Origin: an uncultured Pelagibacteraceae bacterium
GTDB taxonomy: Bacteria > Pseudomonadota > Alphaproteobacteria > Pelagibacterales > AG-422-B15
NCBI GenBank assembly: GCA_902598405.1
Contig: CACKBQ010000002.1
Location: 1,780-65,779, forward strand
Direction: 5' to 3'
Length of the DNA: 64,000 bases
Part shown: positions 61,885 to 64,000 of the stretch, piece after piece
Numbering within the stretch: the stretch's first letter is position 1
How the letters are laid out: each line of letters begins with the position of its first letter
Program-made: the position numbers and the translations under genes
Notes under the pieces: generated by a model
Databases searched by the model: none
Told to the model about the DNA's origin: nothing
The model's input: only the letters and a program-made list of their open reading frames with translations

Positions 61885-64000
61885 AAATTTATCAAAAGCC
61901 TACTTACAGAACTTACAATATCCACCTCTGAGAGGGTATCTATAATCTTATCCAGATGATCAAGATTATGAACGTCAATAATAAAAATCATATCAAAATA
62001 ATCATCGCCTTTTTCAGATATGTTAAGGTTAGTTATATTGCCACCTGCACTTCCAACAATGGTTGCTAATTTACCTAAAGATCCAGGTTCATTTTTAACT
62101 GAGACTTTTATTCTTGACGAAAAATACTGCTTTGGATCTACATCTTTCCATGAGGCAGTGATCCAATCTTCTTTTTTTGTTTCTTTATCTAGCTCCTTAC
62201 ATAAACTGGAGTGAATGATTACACCTGAATCTTCTGATGTAAGTCCCAAAATATTTTCATTGGGTAAAGGGAAACAGCATTCTGCATAATGAATTGCAAT
62301 TCCAGGTTGAAAGTTACTTATCTCTAAAGGCATCTTATCGTTTGTGTCTCTTCTTCTGTATCGAGAAAAAAATGATAAAGTTGAACGAGGCTTAAGCTTT
62401 GATAATTGATGTGGCTTTATGCTTCCTTTACCAATTGCAACAAGAAACTCCTCAGGACTTTTCCTATTGAAACTTTTTGCAAAATTACTAATTTCTGTGT
62501 TTGAAATATCTTCATTTCTACCTGTGACTTTGTGTAATATTTTTAACCCTAGACTTGTAAATTCATCTTTTTCTTGTTTTTTAAAAAATCTTTTTATCGA
62601 TGACTGCGCCTTTGCAGTTGTAACAATATTTTCCCAAGTTTCAGATGGGGATGGTTTTTTTGATGTTAGCACTTCAATCTCATCTCCATTTTGAAGTTTT
62701 GTAAATAAGGGTCTAGGTTTTCCATTAATTTTACATCCAACGCAACGATTTCCAATTTCAGAATGAAGGGCATAAGCAAAATCGATAGAATTAGAATTTG
62801 CAGGCAAATGTATTAAGTCACCTTTCGGTGTAAAACAAAAAACTTGATCCTGAAACATTTCTAATTTTGTAGCTTCAAGTAAGTCCTCAGAGCTTCCACC
62901 GCTGTCCAATATTTCTACTAGATCTCTCAACCAAGTAACATTAACTGGATCTGAAGAAGAGTTATCTACTAAATTATAATTCTCTTTATAGCTCCAGTGT
63001 GCCGCTATACCCTTATCTGCTATAGTGTTCATTTCATTCGTTCGAATTTGAAGTTCAACTCTCTGTCTTTCAGGGCCGACAATCGTTGTATGAATTGACT
63101 GATAATTATTAATTTTTGGTGTCGATATATAATCCTTAAATGAGCCTGGTACAGCAGACCACCGGTTATGAATGATGCCCAATATACTATAACAATCTTC
63201 AATGCTATTAGTGATAATCCTATAAGCAAAAATATCCGATAATTGTCTAAAAGCAATTTGCTTATTCTGCATTTTATTCCATACAGAGAAGATTTTTTTT
63301 TCACGTCCTATTATTTGACAATCAATTTCATTTTCTTCTAAAAGACTAAAGATCCTTGTCTTTATTTTATCAGTTAAGTTAGATTTATCTTTTTTTAAAT
63401 ACTCAATTCTTGTCATCAGTGAGGAATATGCAGATGGATTTAAAATTTGAAATGACAAATCTTCCAGCTCATCTTTGAATTCATGCATCCCCAATCTTCC
63501 AGCAAGAGGGGCATAAATTTCTAATGTTTCCGATGCAATACGTTGTCGTCTTTTTTCCTGTGGAATGAATTGAATCGTTCTCATGTTGTGTAAACGGTCA
63601 GCTAACTTTACTAACAAAACTCTGATATCCTTCGACATTGCTAAAATTAATTTTCTGAAATTTTCAGCCTGGAATTTATTTTCAGTATACGTTTCAATTT
63701 TTGACAGTTTTGTAACGCCGTTTACTAATTGAAGGACTTCTTTACCAAATTTTTCTTCAATTTCGTTTTCTGTAGCAAGAGTATCCTCAAGTGTGTCATG
63801 TAAAAGACCCGTTATAATTGTGGAAGTATCTAACTTTAAGTTTAATAGAATATCTGCAACTGCAACTGGGTGAGATATATAAGGATCACCTGAATGCCTT
63901 TTTTGTGACTTGTGACACTCGACTGCAAAAGAATAAGCTTTTTCTATTAACTTAGAATCAAGATTCTTATCAATTGGTTTTGCAGGTTTGTAGACTGTTG
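61881..64000 (-). CDS. spoT: Bifunctional (p)ppGpp synthetase/hydrolase RSH (5' end outside window)
   Basis: Frame continues upstream of the tracked ORF through QKRHSGDPYISHP and LLHDTLEDT (HD domain); KLADRLHNMRT, YQSIHT, TGS (FTPKG) and ACT domains. Confidence 0.95.
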   Translation of the reverse strand, partial: TVYKPAKPIDKNLDSKLIEKAYSFAVECHKSQKRHSGDPYISHPVAVADILLNLKLDTSTIITGLLHDTLEDTLATENEIEEKFGKEVLQLVNGVTKLSKIETYTENKFQAENFRKLILAMSKDIRVLLVKLADRLHNMRTIQFIPQEKRRQRIASETLEIYAPLAGRLGMHEFKDELEDLSFQILNPSAYSSLMTRIEYLKKDKSNLTDKIKTRIFSLLEENEIDCQIIGREKKIFSVWNKMQNKQIAFRQLSDIFAYRIITNSIEDCYSILGIIHNRWSAVPGSFKDYISTPKINNYQSIHTTIVGPERQRVELQIRTNEMNTIADKGIAAHWSYKENYNLVDNSSSDPVNVTWLRDLVEILDSGGSSEDLLEATKLEMFQDQVFCFTPKGDLIHLPANSNSIDFAYALHSEIGNRCVGCKINGKPRPLFTKLQNGDEIEVLTSKKPSPSETWENIVTTAKAQSSIKRFFKKQEKDEFTSLGLKILHKVTGRNEDISNTEISNFAKSFNRKSPEEFLVAIGKGSIKPHQLSKLKPRSTLSFFSRYRRRDTNDKMPLEISNFQPGIAIHYAECCFPLPNENILGLTSEDSGVIIHSSLCKELDKETKKEDWITASWKDVDPKQYFSSRIKVSVKNEPGSLGKLATIVGSAGGNITNLNISEKGDDYFDMIFIIDVHNLDHLDKIIDTLSEVDIVSSVSRLLINL

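Noticed and set aside
61881-63638. spoT truncated and lacking its hydrolase domain, as the ORF track suggests
   Set aside because: The frame stays open upstream to the window edge and includes the HD motif.

Overview
Low-GC (roughly 30% by eye), tightly packed chromosomal segment of a streamlined marine-type alphaproteobacterium. The SAR11/HIMB59/'MarineAlpha'-like assignment is inferred from gene content and synteny only. Most of the window is conserved housekeeping synteny: spoT-pyrE-pdxJ-acpS-lepB-rnc-era-recO-parC; rpiB-glyA-nrdR-ribDE-ribBX-ribH-nusB-hppA; plsX-ihfA-merR; rplM-rpsI-argC-hom-glpX-recJ; pcm-popZ-valS-ilvD. It also has five tRNAs, the aapJQMP amino-acid transporter, aguAB, a TPP riboswitch with thiBP (no thiQ), nhaD, a glutathione peroxidase, an apparently Fe-S-free (6-4) photolyase and an alternative oxidase. 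The standout is at the left edge. A minus-strand ORF missed by the ORF track starts at 5565 and runs off the window (at least 1855 aa). It is built from a Pro-punctuated 15-residue Ala/Glu/Asp/Met helical repeat and lies directly downstream of a TolC-family gene, so it is a candidate type I-secreted giant surface solenoid. A structured, attenuator-like leader upstream of metY is the second-best novelty candidate. Eleven +1 frameshifts in A/T homopolymers between 20.8 and 32.9 kb look like sequencing or assembly errors rather than pseudogenes.
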